A stretch of DNA of 64,000 bases from NCBI GenBank assembly GCA_048128005.1, contig JBEUKZ010000065.1, positions 434,001 to 498,000 on the forward strand, in the 5' to 3' direction. This document shows positions 62,501 to 64,000 of this stretch, piece by piece; positions within the stretch are counted from its first letter, which is position 1, and every line of letters starts with the position of its first letter. The DNA comes from Veleropilina oligotropha (lineage: Eukaryota). Below the pieces are notes generated by a model. It was not told the DNA's origin. It saw only the letters and a list, made by a program, of their open reading frames with translations, and ran no database searches. A program made the position numbers and the translations under genes.

Positions 62501-64000
62501 GTGATTTTGGATTTAAAATTTCTCTTTATCATTCCCAATACATGTAATTGATTTCCCTACTTGACGGATTCTGACCATGGATTTGATGGTTTAAACGTCT
62601 TGTCTATTCCTTATATAACATGACAATCCCGATATTGCAAACCCTCGCCGCTTTCTCCGACCAGTTAGGTACAACTGTGCTTGGTAACTGTGACATCAGA
62701 ATCGCCACTCAACACCCGACGGTCACCCAAACGACTCTCTTTAAATGTCAGGAGGGACATAGGGTATCATTATGTATAAACTATTACTAAATTCTGATTC
62801 TCATGACAATTTTAACACAGATATGCACGCAGACAGGCAGACATTACGTGGGCGAAGGTAACAAACCCTCGAAACCACAAATGCTAATGGTTTGACCTAA
62901 TGCCATATAATTCTCGTATCGATGTCCTATGATAGCAAGAACATTTTGAGCTTAATTTGAACTTTGTGTGGCGAAGCGTTCTAACTCTACAGCCAAAAAT
63001 CCCAAAACCAGAAATGCGTCATAGCATCCGTATCCGCGTACCTATCCGGATCACCTTCGAAGAGAACATCGCCAAGGATGGAACCTAACTTGTGTTGAAA
63101 TTCGGAGGAAATCGGATGAAATAGTTTTTGAGATATGATTGATATATGCTGGCATTCGGACAGACAGACAGACACACACACGAAGCCCTTTGCAATACCC
63201 TCGCCTCAAGTTCTCCTTCGGATGCGAGGGTAATTATAGATAGGGGACTGTTGCTATAACCCACATGCATTACCATAAATTTACCAGTGTGGAAAATAAT
63301 TGGCCAATCCTCAGACTACTGGGACCCTACCAGATTATTTAAACTTTTTGCATCGTCTTCAGTTTCGATAGTTCTGTACAATTTCATATCGTAAGCGAAC
63401 TTTTTTACTAGAGATGTCATGACGTCATCAATGTCATTTAAATATAAATTTGCTTCTTTGATCTTGTAACATTCTGCGCCTTTTTTCTTTGAGAAATGCG
63501 ATCCTTACACCAATATCTTAATACTGGCATCGTTCTTGGAATCCGGGTTGCGATATCATATCATGCATGCGGAGTGAGCAGCGTGCACAGCGCCAGGTGC
63601 TGAGGAATTATATACCACGTAAACCAATGCAACATGGCGCCGCGGTCGTCCGCCGTAAAGCGATACCATTGCCGTTCCATCCAATCTGTGTGTAATTACC
63701 TGTGATGTACTCCACGCAGGTATTCACCTGCTGCGCAGATGCCCAGACCACCACGTGCGATGCTGTCGTGGTATCAGAAAGCAGAAAGAACAAATATCAT
63801 GGACTTCGATGGTAGTGTGGCATCGAACAGGACAATATGGGTAGCTTGCCACCATGAGGCTCCAATCAAATAAATGGTCAAATGATCCGTGTGTATATAC
63901 TTGGCATACGCATTCCCAAGGTAATTTGTAGGTCGTGTATATAACTTTCATTACAAAATTTCTTAAAATATCGTTTTTATAGGCATTTTTATGCATAATT

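Overview
AT-rich, repeat-dense eukaryotic DNA with no prokaryote-style gene packing. The repeat families and viral proteins suggest a marine invertebrate such as a mollusc (inference). No intact host gene is evident. Bases 1-36,700 and 57,200-64,000 are a mosaic of minisatellites, tRNA-type SINEs, MITEs, non-autonomous Helitrons and decayed LINE, Kolobok-like and Tc1/mariner relics. The main feature is two adjacent non-autonomous Polinton/Maverick-derived elements that share the terminal 13-mer AGTAGTACTGATG and are each almost entirely an inverted repeat. Element 2 (48484-57179) is an 8.7-kb near-perfect palindrome with a 6-bp target-site duplication (CGCATA). It folds back inside a self-complementary GGTGG/CCACC minisatellite, and each arm carries an intact transcription unit encoding a small basic protein and a zinc-finger-fused A32/FtsK-type packaging ATPase. 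Element 1 (36710-45722) has 3.8-kb arms around a 1.4-kb core carrying PC4-like, integrase-remnant, minor-capsid, small-basic and C2H2 genes. Neither element shows a DNA polymerase, major capsid protein or intact integrase. They look like snap-back or satellite mini-Polintons mobilised in trans.
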